64,000 nt of DNA, from assembly GCA_963674945.2 (NCBI GenBank), contig CAXXWQ010000004.1:1-64000 (forward strand), written 5' to 3'. The notes under the pieces are model-generated. The model saw only the letters and a program-made list of their open reading frames with translations. It was not told the DNA's origin and made no database searches. The stretch's first letter is position 1; each line of letters opens with the position of its first letter. The stretch is from an uncultured Desulfosarcina sp. Its GTDB lineage: Bacteria > Desulfobacterota > Desulfobacteria > Desulfobacterales > Desulfosarcinaceae. Made by a program: the position numbers and the translations under genes. Of the stretch, positions 29,025 to 39,251 are shown one piece after another.

Positions 29025-29978
29025 TCATCCCCATGGGTCCTTACAAATTTTTAGAAAGATGGAAGTCTCTGCCTCGTCTATATCCGATATCTTTCCGAGA
29101 TCGACCCTGATAAAATTTGTAAGCTCTTGAATGTTCGAAAAATGTACGTTCAGAATGATGTTATAGCGTCCTAAAGATATGGCCACAAAGTGAACTGAAT
29201 TAAATGATGCGAGTTTGTTCGCTACTTTGACTACCTTTCCGGTCAACACCTTGATGCCAATCATCGCTACAATTTCATACCCGATGGCCCCTGGTTCAGC
29301 AACGGCGATTACATGTATGACGTGCTCGGAAATAAGCCGTTGCAACCTTTTTGAAGTACTTAGCCGACTGACACCGATGCTTTTCGCCATCTCTATCACC
29401 GGCATCCTGCCGTTTTTTAGAAGTTCTTTAATGATTGACATATCCAGCTCATCTGGAATGTATCTCTTTTTGCCCTCTTTCTTTTGAAGCGGGTACTGAA
29501 TGGCTTCGGTTTCAGGATACGTCATTGCGTTTTGTTTAACCAACTCCAAATATATCAGCGTTTCATTACCGGTTATTCCAGAGATTTTACCGATTTGATG
29601 CTTGAGAAAAACTGCGAGTTCCTCAAGCCCGCTGAATGCAGCCCAAGTCATTATATCATATGGACCGCTGGTAGTCGCTATTACATAAATATTCGAATAT
29701 GATGCAAGTCTCTTAACAACGGCATGAATATCGCATTCTGGCTTTACGGAAAAACCCATGGATATGCGCAGATCATCCATGGATGAAAACACTTCCGGCA
29801 CGGCAACCACTTTTATTACGTTGCTATCAATGATTCTCTGCAATCGGCTGCTGGCTGTACGCTGATTGATACCGATTTTGGTTGCCAGGCTGCGAATCGG
29901 CATTCGTCCATCTTTGTTCAGTTCCTGAATGATCCGCAGATCCATCTCATCAAGCTCAAGCCTGGGGTTTTTCAGCAT
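29025..29978 (-). CDS. Lrp/AsnC-family regulator with tandem duplicated HTH-RAM units
   Basis: Two repeats: LDEMDLRIIQELNKDGR..SGPYD and DELDMSIIKELLKNGR..LGRYN; RBS AAGGAGG before ATG 29978. Confidence 0.88.
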   Translation of the reverse strand: MLKNPRLELDEMDLRIIQELNKDGRMPIRSLATKIGINQRTASSRLQRIIDSNVIKVVAVPEVFSSMDDLRISMGFSVKPECDIHAVVKRLASYSNIYVIATTSGPYDIMTWAAFSGLEELAVFLKHQIGKISGITGNETLIYLELVKQNAMTYPETEAIQYPLQKKEGKKRYIPDELDMSIIKELLKNGRMPVIEMAKSIGVSRLSTSKRLQRLISEHVIHVIAVAEPGAIGYEIVAMIGIKVLTGKVVKVANKLASFNSVHFVAISLGRYNIILNVHFSNIQELTNFIRVDLGKISDIDEAETSIFLKICKDPWG

Positions 29979-30465
29979 ATTGCCTCCTTTTGTACGAGCT
30001 TGACGGCCTTCCATCCCCACCGCTGATATAAAGTCCGAAATCTGTCATTATTTTTAGCATATACGCAAAGCATTTTTTAATCGAAAAATAAACGGACAAA
30101 AGAAAGCTTCATATATCCTTTGAGATACTTACGCAAGCAAGTTATGAAATATAACCCGTCAGAAACAGCGTGCAGGACCGGCACTGTAATAAAAGTCAGA
30201 TGGAAACCCTATGACTCTGAGAAAGTATGAATGTGAGTTTTTCGGCGGAACCGTTTCGTGTAAGATAACGAACAGGCCATTCGCCTTCATTGATATGCCG
30301 GCGTGTACAAAACTTGTACCCACTGGCAAGGATGTAATCGATCGTCCTCCGTAAAGGATGACCCGAAACATCGTTATGGCCGACTGCTGGGATTCTTCTG
30401 AGGCACCAATAGTGTGACTGATGCGATACATTGATCCGAACTACCACAATACTGCGCTTGGTTGC

Positions 30466-31683
30466 TCAGTCCGTGTTTTGGTGCTCACGAATCATTCCGA
30501 CCAGCATAAGGGTCAGCAGAAGCAGGACGCCACATCCCATATAGGCCCCGTAGTAGCTTCCAGTCTTGTCCGAGACAAGCCCGAACAGGGGCGGTGCCAC
30601 AAGATTGAAGGGTGTCAGCAGCAGGCTCATCATGCCCATGGAACTGCCGACCCGGTCCGGCCCATAGAGTCGTGCCATTATCACGCTCCACAACGGCACG
30701 ATCCCTCCCTGTGAGAGGCCAAGTACTGCGCTCGCGATGACGAAGAGCCAGTACACACCAAGTTGCGCAAAGGAGAACACGGCCGCGGTAAACAGCACAA
30801 TGATAAGGCTGAGCAGCAGCCGGGGGTTGAACTTGTCTGCCAGGGCCCCGGCGCCCAGCTTCCCGACAAAGTTCGCGCCAGCAAAGATGGACAGCAGGAA
30901 TGCGCCTCTCGCGGCGTCGATGCCGTGCTCAGCCGTAAATTGAAGCAGGTTCGAGGTAATCCCCATCGAACTCGCAAAAAGCACACCGAGGGCAATGCCG
31001 AGCAGCCAGAAATTGCGATCCTTGAGATAAAACGCGAGCCCGGGATTGTCGACCGCATGCATGGGTTGCGCAGGCGCCTTGTCGGCACCATCCGGAAACT
31101 GGCCGATATCGGAAGGACGGTCAATTACGAACAATGCGGCAACGGTCAGGGTCACAATTAGCAGTCCTACGCCATACATCAGCAGCGCCTGGCGCCATGC
31201 AAACGATTCGATGAGCAACTGCAGTAGAGGGGGGGCGATAAGTCCGCCAACGGCTGCACCGGCGGCGGAGAGAGACATCGCGAGCCCGCGGCGTTTGGTG
31301 AACCAGCGCGCGAGCAGTGCGGAACCGGCAATCGGGCCGGTCAGAACGGAAGCAGCAGACATGCAGACGAGGTAGATAACCAATATCTGGTACATGGACT
31401 GGGTGCGGGAAACCAGCAGAAAGCCCACGCCCAGTGCGGTTGATCCGATCAACATCAGCCTTCGCAGTGAAGTACGTTCCATCGCACGCCCGAGTAGCGG
31501 ACTGAGGATACCGGATCCGATAATTACCGCTGTGATTGCCATCATCAAAAGCATCCGGCTGGGTTGAAATTCCGGCTGCAACGATGCTGCAATCACGCTG
31601 TATGAGATGAAAATGCTGCCCGACGAAGCCGCCTGAAGCACCATCGTCGCAGCGATCTGCTGCCACCCCTTGAAACCTGCCAT
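30466..31683 (-). CDS. MFS transporter (OFA/monocarboxylate-like)
   Basis: 12 TM helices; RWFTKRRGLA, GALADKF; RBS AAGGA before ATG 31683. Confidence 0.88.
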   Translation of the reverse strand: MAGFKGWQQIAATMVLQAASSGSIFISYSVIAASLQPEFQPSRMLLMMAITAVIIGSGILSPLLGRAMERTSLRRLMLIGSTALGVGFLLVSRTQSMYQILVIYLVCMSAASVLTGPIAGSALLARWFTKRRGLAMSLSAAGAAVGGLIAPPLLQLLIESFAWRQALLMYGVGLLIVTLTVAALFVIDRPSDIGQFPDGADKAPAQPMHAVDNPGLAFYLKDRNFWLLGIALGVLFASSMGITSNLLQFTAEHGIDAARGAFLLSIFAGANFVGKLGAGALADKFNPRLLLSLIIVLFTAAVFSFAQLGVYWLFVIASAVLGLSQGGIVPLWSVIMARLYGPDRVGSSMGMMSLLLTPFNLVAPPLFGLVSDKTGSYYGAYMGCGVLLLLTLMLVGMIREHQNTD

Positions 31684-32533
31684 ATGAATTTCCTTGTTGA
31701 TGTTATTCTGTACCCGGTCGTGAATGGACGCGGTCAGACCTGTCCCTCGCACAAAAAATGCCGGACAGGCAACGACACAACAGCTGATTTGTTTACATTG
31801 TTTTGGAATAAATTTACTTTATATGTATTTTTAATAGTATTAAGAAAGATATGTGTCAACAAATACTACAATTTTTGAAACATTTTTGCCAATCGGCTCA
31901 GGATCTGTAGGCTCTGAAAAGGCCGGGCTCAAACAAAAATGGTTCGTCATGGATGAAAAGTTTTTATATTCTTGGTTTAGAAGTTTTCATCAATTTAGAA
32001 AAACACCACTACCCCCGCGACGATTTACAGATGAAATCTGTACTCCGTACCCAAGCACAAAAAAAATAGTATCTATTGACAAGAATTGGCAAATATATTT
32101 ATTTTGTAAAAAAGCTTTCATATAAAAACAAACAACTGAAATCGCACTCCCCGAATCAGAGGGCCTATGATGATAAGAACGTGCTTTTCAATTCATTGAT
32201 TCCTTTAGTAAAATGATCGTAAGCGGTTTGCCCGTCGGCAGTGAATAAAGAGGATGCCTTGTAATTAAGGCACAGATACCTGTCGAAATACCCGGCAGGC
32301 ACCCAGATCCAGACCCAAATTGTGTATTTCACCTAATCGATAAAGCGCTGCATCAAGAACAATTGAGGATAAGGAGAGAATAAATGCCAAACTGTATTCA
32401 CGATATATACCAAGACCAAATCCTTTCATGTGAAAATAAAAACAGATAAAAATGGTGTCGCCAGAACAGGATGATGGAAAAGAAGAACGTGCTTTGGTGA
32501 TCTTTCTGTGAAACGCGAGCGGAACACGTAAAA

Positions 32534-33238
32534 ATGACAGGATTCAAAACAATCGAGGGCGTTCAAAATACAGTGAAATGGGGAAATTGTTACGGATTTT
32601 TGTCCTATGCGCATAGTGTACTGCCAACGAGCGAATTCATTGATGAAATGTCCAATGAGGCCAATTATGGGATATTCTACTCCTTGATTCGTGATGAAAC
32701 GGTTTCATCGCAGATCCGTTACGAAATTGAATGCGGATTACAGTCTATAAAGGACTTCAACAAAAGAGATCATCGCAGACAAAATTTCCCGTCAATGAGG
32801 ATTCAAACATTGGCTATCGAGCGGTCCCGCCTGTATCATGGGGTGACACCGACCTATGGGCCACTCCCACCGTATGAATCTGTTTACAGAGGACAACCCG
32901 TAATGGGAAGTATTGCATTAGAAGTCAAAAGCCTTTATGAGGAATTTGATTACCACTTACCGGGAATTAACATAGAGCCGCCGGACTCGCTTGGTTCCGA
33001 GTTAGGATTCATGAACCATCTTTTTATGGGGAAAGCGAAAGCCATGCGGGAAGGTGATCAAAGGCGAATCATATATTATTTGGATGCAGAAAGCTGTTTT
33101 CTGAGTGAACATTTACTTCTTTGGGCGCCTGCGTTTTGTTCTGAGGTAATATATTGTTCCAATTTAAACCTTTACCAAGGGATATCTAAGCTTACAAAAG
33201 CGATTATCTTAATTCACGCAGAATTGCTTGAGATATGA
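32534..33238 (+). CDS. TorD/DmsD-family molybdoenzyme chaperone (divergent)
   Basis: PPYESVY, EPPDSLGSELGFM, FLSEHLLLW motifs. Confidence 0.8.
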   Translation: MTGFKTIEGVQNTVKWGNCYGFLSYAHSVLPTSEFIDEMSNEANYGIFYSLIRDETVSSQIRYEIECGLQSIKDFNKRDHRRQNFPSMRIQTLAIERSRLYHGVTPTYGPLPPYESVYRGQPVMGSIALEVKSLYEEFDYHLPGINIEPPDSLGSELGFMNHLFMGKAKAMREGDQRRIIYYLDAESCFLSEHLLLWAPAFCSEVIYCSNLNLYQGISKLTKAIILIHAELLEI

Positions 33239-33386
33239 CATATTTTGGATAATGAGATAAGGTGAATGGAGTAGGCGCTGGTGGAAAAAACCGGATTCAA
33301 TAATGACAACCACTTCCGGGATCATTTTCCCTCCTTCAAGTTCAAAGGTCAATTTGTACGCATCTTTCGAACGTGGTTCACAACTC

Positions 33387-33902
33387 TCATCCAGCGGCGT
33401 CATTTTCGTCGGCTGACAAAAGTTTTTCCAGCAGCAGATTGATAATTATCTGCTCCTCTGGATTCAACCTGCCCAAAAAATCACCGATTCTCTTGTGCGT
33501 AATTTCTTTGGCCATTTCATGGAATGCCTTTCCCTCCTCAGTTATCCTTACCCGAACAAGGCGTTTGTCACTGGTATCAGGCAATCGTTCAGCCAGACCA
33601 TTCTTGATCCACCAGTTTACCAGGCGGGTTACGGTCGCTGGTGATACAAAAAGTTCACTTGAGATTTCCCCCATCGTTACACTCGATTTTTGATATATAT
33701 TATTGCAAAATATAAAGAAAGTGACGGGCCCCATGATCTTGCCAGGATTACGACCCTTCAGATGCTTTTTTAGCCTGTTTTCCGCTTCAATGGTATCTTC
33801 GGGTTTGTGAGTAGTTGTTTTAACAACCAATTTTCTGACAAGATGAAGGAACTTCTCGGCCCGTTCAAATTCTGACGAATCCTGCGTGATGTGATTGGCC
33901 AT
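33387..33902 (-). CDS. MarR-family regulator 2 (close paralog of 18489-18995)
   Basis: Shared KHLKGRNPGKIMGPVTFF and DKRLVRV; ATG 33902 with GGAG RBS aligns with the paralog start. Confidence 0.9.
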   Translation of the reverse strand: MANHITQDSSEFERAEKFLHLVRKLVVKTTTHKPEDTIEAENRLKKHLKGRNPGKIMGPVTFFIFCNNIYQKSSVTMGEISSELFVSPATVTRLVNWWIKNGLAERLPDTSDKRLVRVRITEEGKAFHEMAKEITHKRIGDFLGRLNPEEQIIINLLLEKLLSADENDAAG

Positions 33903-34089
33903 ACCTACTCCATAGTATTTTCTTGTATGAAAAAATTCACGATCCAATGCGATTGGAAACCTCTACAGGCGCCATATCTCTGTCGGAGTCACGTATCTCC
34001 CCCCCAAGTGGTCCACACTGCTTCTCTTTTGTCTTGAATATTTCGAGTTCGTCACATACATTCCGATCCAGTGATTGTAAATACAGTCT

Positions 34090-34911
34090 TTACCTGTCGA
34101 CCTCGGCGAGAAGGCGTCGGGTGGCGTCCACAGCGGTGGCAAGGTGCTCCGATGGTGTTATCCCTGCCTCGGCTTTCGATACACTGGGAATTTCCAGGCC
34201 TAAAATGACATCACGAGGCAACACAGATAGAATCTCTTTTAAGGGAAACTCCCCCTCTCCCGGTATCAACCGTTCAGAAGTTGCTTCCAAGAGGTAGTTT
34301 GGCATGGCGGGAGCAACTGTGGCATCACACAGGTGGACATAGCCGATCATGTTCGGATCGAGGGCTGCGATATCGGCTGCGGTGCCCCCGCTACGAACCA
34401 GATGCATCATATCGATGAGCAGGCGACAATTAGAACGCCCGACATAGTTTACGGCGGCGACTGCACTGGCAAGGTTGGGAAGTGCTGTTTCGGGGGCGAA
34501 TTCGACGACAGTATCGATGCCGACGGCACCGGCCATATCAACCAGTCTGGCAAGTTGGTCGAAAGCACGCTCTTGGTCGAACTCGAAACTAGCGGTGTTG
34601 ATGTTGGTCACACCGAGTTCTTTGGCAATTTCGAAGTCCTCGGCAAGATTTTCGACATCAGCCCCCGGTCTAAAGATCATGAAGCCGTCAATCAATGAAA
34701 TAGACAGATCTTTCTCCCTCATCGCTGCAATCATTTCTTTCCTGAGGGGGGCGTCTCTGAGCGATGTTTGCGGGTAGTTGTAAACGTTAATGGGGCCCGG
34801 TGAATTCATCCAGACGCTGACGTGGCGGCATCCCAGGTCAGCGACAAGATCGACCAACTGAAGCGGCGGTAACCCAAAGTGGCTGACAGGTTCAATCGCC
34901 ATTCTTTCCAT
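34090..34911 (-). CDS. Sugar phosphate isomerase/epimerase-family TIM-barrel protein
   Basis: VEF, IDMMH, HLCDA, RLIPGEG and LEIP metal-site pattern of the xylose-isomerase-like barrel. Confidence 0.82.
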   Translation of the reverse strand: MERMAIEPVSHFGLPPLQLVDLVADLGCRHVSVWMNSPGPINVYNYPQTSLRDAPLRKEMIAAMREKDLSISLIDGFMIFRPGADVENLAEDFEIAKELGVTNINTASFEFDQERAFDQLARLVDMAGAVGIDTVVEFAPETALPNLASAVAAVNYVGRSNCRLLIDMMHLVRSGGTAADIAALDPNMIGYVHLCDATVAPAMPNYLLEATSERLIPGEGEFPLKEILSVLPRDVILGLEIPSVSKAEAGITPSEHLATAVDATRRLLAEVDR

Positions 34912-35005
34912 TAGACGTTGCCTCCTTCAAATGACTCCTTTTGGCGCGTCGGAAGTAAAATACGTTGTCTCGAGAATATTTGGTACAATTGACAAGTCAA
35001 TCCCG

Positions 35006-35734
35006 CTACTTCTTGACTGCAACCGTCAAACCGTCTTCAAATGGGAGAATCAAGATGTCTGCCCGAGAATCTTTGCTAATTTTCTCATTGAACTCATGGG
35101 TGTGCGTTCCAAACATGACCATGGTATCCAGCATCTCTTCCGGCCAGATTCTTGCCAACCTCTCGCGCATTGCATCTTCACCCTTGGCCGCAACCGAACC
35201 TGAAAAGAGGGTATTATCATAGATGAGCATTCCCCCTGGCCGAGCCAGTTTCATCCCCAGTTCCCAATATGTCGGATAACTGGGTTTATCAGCGTCGATA
35301 AATATAAGATCAAATGTCTCGCCATGCCCTTCATCAACCAGGGCCTGCATGGTTTCGGCTGCCAGGCCGATACGCAATTCCATCCTGTCACTGAGTCCGG
35401 CCTTTTCCCAATACGTACGTGCTATCTTGGCATTGTTTTCATCGATTTCCATACCGACAAGCCATCCATCTTCCGGTATCGCCAGCGCCATGATCAGCGC
35501 GCTATATCCGGTGAAAGTCCCCACATCCAACACCCGCTTCGCTTTCGTTGCCTTTACCATAAGCTGCAAAAAGAGCCCTTGCCGGTGTGTCACCTGACAG
35601 ATGGCAAATGGATGATCCAGCGTTTCCTGGCGAAGTTCGGCCAGGATTTCAGGCTCAGAAGTAGAAAAAGAATCAACGTATGCAAGGAGATCCTCATCAA
35701 AGCCCAAGAAATTACGATCCGTACCAAGTTTCAT
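35006..35734 (-). CDS. Class I SAM-dependent O-methyltransferase (caffeoyl-CoA/catechol OMT-like)
   Basis: LDVGTFTGYSAL, FDLIFIDADK, YDNTLFSG, DGLT. Confidence 0.9.
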   Translation of the reverse strand: MKLGTDRNFLGFDEDLLAYVDSFSTSEPEILAELRQETLDHPFAICQVTHRQGLFLQLMVKATKAKRVLDVGTFTGYSALIMALAIPEDGWLVGMEIDENNAKIARTYWEKAGLSDRMELRIGLAAETMQALVDEGHGETFDLIFIDADKPSYPTYWELGMKLARPGGMLIYDNTLFSGSVAAKGEDAMRERLARIWPEEMLDTMVMFGTHTHEFNEKISKDSRADILILPFEDGLTVAVKK

Positions 35735-36025
35735 ATCTTATCTCCTTCTTAATCTGAGTATGAAAGATTGCACTTCTTCAAAATGCCAGTCAACAAAACC
35801 ATACGGCTATTTCTTCTTGTTCAATCCTATCAACTCAATCACGTACAACGAGCCCTATATGATGGATTGGTGGCAACAGAAAGCTGCTTTCTTTTTTTAA
35901 CATCTTGAATTCCTCTTTCGATAAGAGATATTACGAATGTTATCAATTCTCCTATGTTGCGTTCGTACTAATGAATATTAGCAGGTATCACTTGATGAAA
36001 ATTCCTCAAATAGCTTATCTCGCTT

Positions 36026-36595
36026 TCAACGGAGCATGTCTTCGTTGTCGTCAAACCAATCCACTGGACCATTTTCAAACCTTAGCGTAAGCTTTTCCAT
36101 AAGCATGTTTAGTAAAACAATCTCTGCAGAAGTGAATTCAGCAAAATAGGACCGGATTCTTCTGATAGCGATTTTTTCGGTGATCTCATGAAATTTCCTG
36201 CCACGGTCGCTCATTCTCACCAGAACGACGCGTTTGTCGTTGGGATCAGATATCCGCTCGGCCAAATCATTATCAACCCACCAGGAGACCAAGCGATTGG
36301 TTGTTGTTGGGGGGAGCAGAAGTTCCTTCGTCAGTTCTCCCATACTGATGGTTTCCCGGTTATAGAGAATTTTCCCTATTGCATAAAAAGAAAGGTCACC
36401 TGCGATACGACCTGGATTACTGTCATTGATAAAATATTCTTCCAACATCCTTTTCGCCCCGGTGCTCTTCTGCGCTCCGGAGTTGGCAAGATGATGAGCC
36501 ACCTTTCTGAAATTACCAAGAAAACGTGCGATCCATTCTGGAGATACTATTTCTTGCAGACTGATAGTCGACATTTTTTCCGTATTTATTTCCAT
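36026..36595 (-). CDS. MarR-family regulator 3 (more distant paralog)
   Basis: SMGELT..PTTTNRLVSWWVDNDLAER..DKRVVLV; shares NPG and WWV with the other two. Confidence 0.88.
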   Translation of the reverse strand: MEINTEKMSTISLQEIVSPEWIARFLGNFRKVAHHLANSGAQKSTGAKRMLEEYFINDSNPGRIAGDLSFYAIGKILYNRETISMGELTKELLLPPTTTNRLVSWWVDNDLAERISDPNDKRVVLVRMSDRGRKFHEITEKIAIRRIRSYFAEFTSAEIVLLNMLMEKLTLRFENGPVDWFDDNEDMLR

Positions 36596-36914
36596 ATGGT
36601 TATTTATATTTCTTTTGAATGACGATTGTCAACCCATTGGCATCCTTTTGCACAAAAAATCATATATCCATTTATTTCTTTATATTAAGACATTTATTTT
36701 GTTTATAGGCTAAATAGATCAATTTCCATCTCTTTTCGCTTTTGGATAAAATATTTCATACTTCGTTCCGTTCGGATCTATTTATCCATTTTCCGTCTGA
36801 ATTTTTTCCAATCGAAATCTGTTTGATAATTAAATCAAATTGACGTAAAGATGATAAGATGTGTTCTAGATTCCCTTCCTTACTTCTCCTGTTATCTACC
36901 GGATTCGAAGGCCT

Positions 36915-37799
36915 ATGACACGTCAACAAAAGGCATATGCATATGCCTTGGGTGCAGTCTTAATCTGGTCTACCGTGGCTTCCGCATTTAAGATTTCCCT
37001 ACGGCACATGGACCCGATCCAGCTTTTGCTTTGGGCCGACCTCTTTTCCATTTTTTGCCTGTTGGGTGTTTTGGCCGTCCAAAGGAAACTGCCTTTGCTA
37101 AAATCCCTTCCACGTCCCGCTCTCTGGCGGTGTTTGGCACTGGGCGGATTGAACCCCTTTCTTTATTACATCGTGTTATTTGCGGCCTATGACCGCCTGC
37201 CGGCCCAGGAGGCCCAACCCCTCAACTATACTTGGGCGATTACACTGACCGTGTTGTCCTGGCCCCTGCTTGGTCAACGGATCGGCCTTCGGGAAGCCGC
37301 AGCCATCGCAATCAGTTATACCGGCGTCGTAATGATTTCCACTCACGGGGATCCTTTTTCCCTGACTTTTTCCAACGGTCCAGGTGTGGTCCTTGCACTT
37401 GGCAGCACCATCATCTGGGCATTATTCTGGATCTTCAACGCAAAAGACAGTACGGACCCGGCAATCGGCCTGTTCTTGAATTTTTCAGCCGGCTTCCCAT
37501 TGATTCTCGCGGTTTGCCTGTTTTTTTCATCTCCATGGCCAAAAATGTGGCAGGGTTTTGCCGGCGCTGCCTACGTGGGTGTTTTTGAAATGGGCATTAC
37601 CTTCGTTCTATGGCTGAAGGCATTGCGTCTGACTTCCAGCACGGCAAAAATTTCCACGATGATCTTCTTCTCACCTTTTCTTTCCTTATTATTTATTCGT
37701 CTTTTTGTGGGAGAAGAGATACTGCTGTCCACAATGATCGGATTAGGCTTTATCATTGCTGGAAATACGCTCCAGCAAACCGGCAGCAAAACTGGCTGA
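36915..37799 (+). CDS. DMT/EamA-family transporter
   Basis: 10 TM helices, two EamA repeats. Confidence 0.88.
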   Translation: MTRQQKAYAYALGAVLIWSTVASAFKISLRHMDPIQLLLWADLFSIFCLLGVLAVQRKLPLLKSLPRPALWRCLALGGLNPFLYYIVLFAAYDRLPAQEAQPLNYTWAITLTVLSWPLLGQRIGLREAAAIAISYTGVVMISTHGDPFSLTFSNGPGVVLALGSTIIWALFWIFNAKDSTDPAIGLFLNFSAGFPLILAVCLFFSSPWPKMWQGFAGAAYVGVFEMGITFVLWLKALRLTSSTAKISTMIFFSPFLSLLFIRLFVGEEILLSTMIGLGFIIAGNTLQQTGSKTG

Positions 37800-37970
37800 T
37801 GGGTATCCATCTTTATTTCAAAAACAGTGTCGGGCAGGCTTGTCGTTCTTTATATCCCATTATCAGTGTGTTGAAATTCGGGTTGACGCATGGCGCTGGA
37901 TAGGGGTATCAATAACTTTCATATGCGGTTTTCCCACCCCCACCCCCTCTTTTTTAGAAAGGAGTTCGGA

Positions 37971-39089
37971 ATGAAAAAAAATCTGTTTCTGATTGCGGCA
38001 CTGGTCTTTGTCATTGCAGCACCGAGCCTTGCGGCGGACACCATTAAAATCGGCCTTACGGCTCCCATTACCGGTTCCTGGGCCGCCGAAGGTCAGGATA
38101 TGAAGCAGATCTGTGAGCTGTTGGCGGATCAGGTCAACGCCGATGGCGGCCTTCTGGGTAAAAACGTCGAGGTGGTCGTGGCAGATGACGGCGGTAACGA
38201 ACAAACCGCCGCGCTGGCAGCGCAACGGTTGGTGACCAAAGGAATCGTTGCCGTGGTCGGAACCTACGGATCATCCGTGACCGAGGCTTCCCAGGGCATC
38301 TACAACGCGGCAAAAATTCCCCAGATCGCCAACGGCTCCACGGCGGTTCGCCTGACCGAAAAAGGCCTGAAGTACTTTTTCCGCACCAGCCCCCGTGATG
38401 ACGAACAGGGCCGTGTCGCTGCCAAGACCCTTGTTCGCATGGGCTACAAAAAAATCGCCATTTTGCATGACAACACGACCTACGCCAAGGGTCTGGCCGA
38501 AGAAACAAAGGCAATCTTGGATAAACAGCCGGTCGACATCGTTTTTTTTGACGCGCTGACCCCCAACGAACAGGATTACACCACCATTTTGACCACACTC
38601 AAAACCAAGGATGCAGAAGTGGTTTTCTTTACCGGTTACTACCCTGAAGCCGGCCTGATGCTGCGCCAGAAAAAGGAAATGGGCTATGACGTTCCCTTTA
38701 TCGGCGGCGACGCGACGAACAACCCGGACCTCGTCAAGATTGCCGGAAAGGATGCAGCCGAAGGGTTTTACTTTGTCTCTCCACCGGTTCCACAGGACCT
38801 GCCTGCAAAGGAAGCCAAAGACTTTCTGGCCGCCTACACCAAGAAATACGGCGCTGCTCCCGGATCCATCTGGGCGGTTCTTTCCGGTGACGGTTTCCGC
38901 GTCATGGTGGAGGCCATCAAGCAAACCAAATCCACCGACCCCGATAAAATTGCCGACTACCTGCACAATGACATGAAAGACTTTCCCGGACTCACCGGAC
39001 TCATTTCCTTCGACGGCAAAGGCGACCGGGTCGGCGATGTATACCGGGTTTACAAAGTGGATGCAAAAGGCCGGTTCATCCTCCAGTAG
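37971..39089 (+). CDS. livK: Branched-chain amino acid ABC transporter substrate-binding protein
   Basis: RBS AAGGAG, signal peptide, IKIG..APITG, FFRTSPRDDEQG, HDNTTY. Confidence 0.88.
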   Translation: MKKNLFLIAALVFVIAAPSLAADTIKIGLTAPITGSWAAEGQDMKQICELLADQVNADGGLLGKNVEVVVADDGGNEQTAALAAQRLVTKGIVAVVGTYGSSVTEASQGIYNAAKIPQIANGSTAVRLTEKGLKYFFRTSPRDDEQGRVAAKTLVRMGYKKIAILHDNTTYAKGLAEETKAILDKQPVDIVFFDALTPNEQDYTTILTTLKTKDAEVVFFTGYYPEAGLMLRQKKEMGYDVPFIGGDATNNPDLVKIAGKDAAEGFYFVSPPVPQDLPAKEAKDFLAAYTKKYGAAPGSIWAVLSGDGFRVMVEAIKQTKSTDPDKIADYLHNDMKDFPGLTGLISFDGKGDRVGDVYRVYKVDAKGRFILQ

Positions 39090-39143
39090 TGCACACTAGC
39101 AGCGTTTATTTTCGACATTACATTCTGATTTTGTTCAGTCCAG

Positions 39144-39170
39144 AAAGCCTGGTCCTCTGGGCCAGGCTTT
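39144..39170 (+). terminator. Hairpin after livK (stabiliser or attenuator)
   Basis: AAAGCCTGGTCC-tct-GGGCCAGGCTTT. Confidence 0.55.
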
Positions 39171-39251
39171 GTACTTTCCCGTACCGCAGAAACCCATCTG
39201 CCCGTTTTTTCTATTTAGGGGCACCGCAAAACCTGTAAAGGCAGATAACCC

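Noticed and set aside
30159..30447. Short ORFs between the Lrp and MFS genes
   Set aside because: No RBS or family motifs recognised in either frame.
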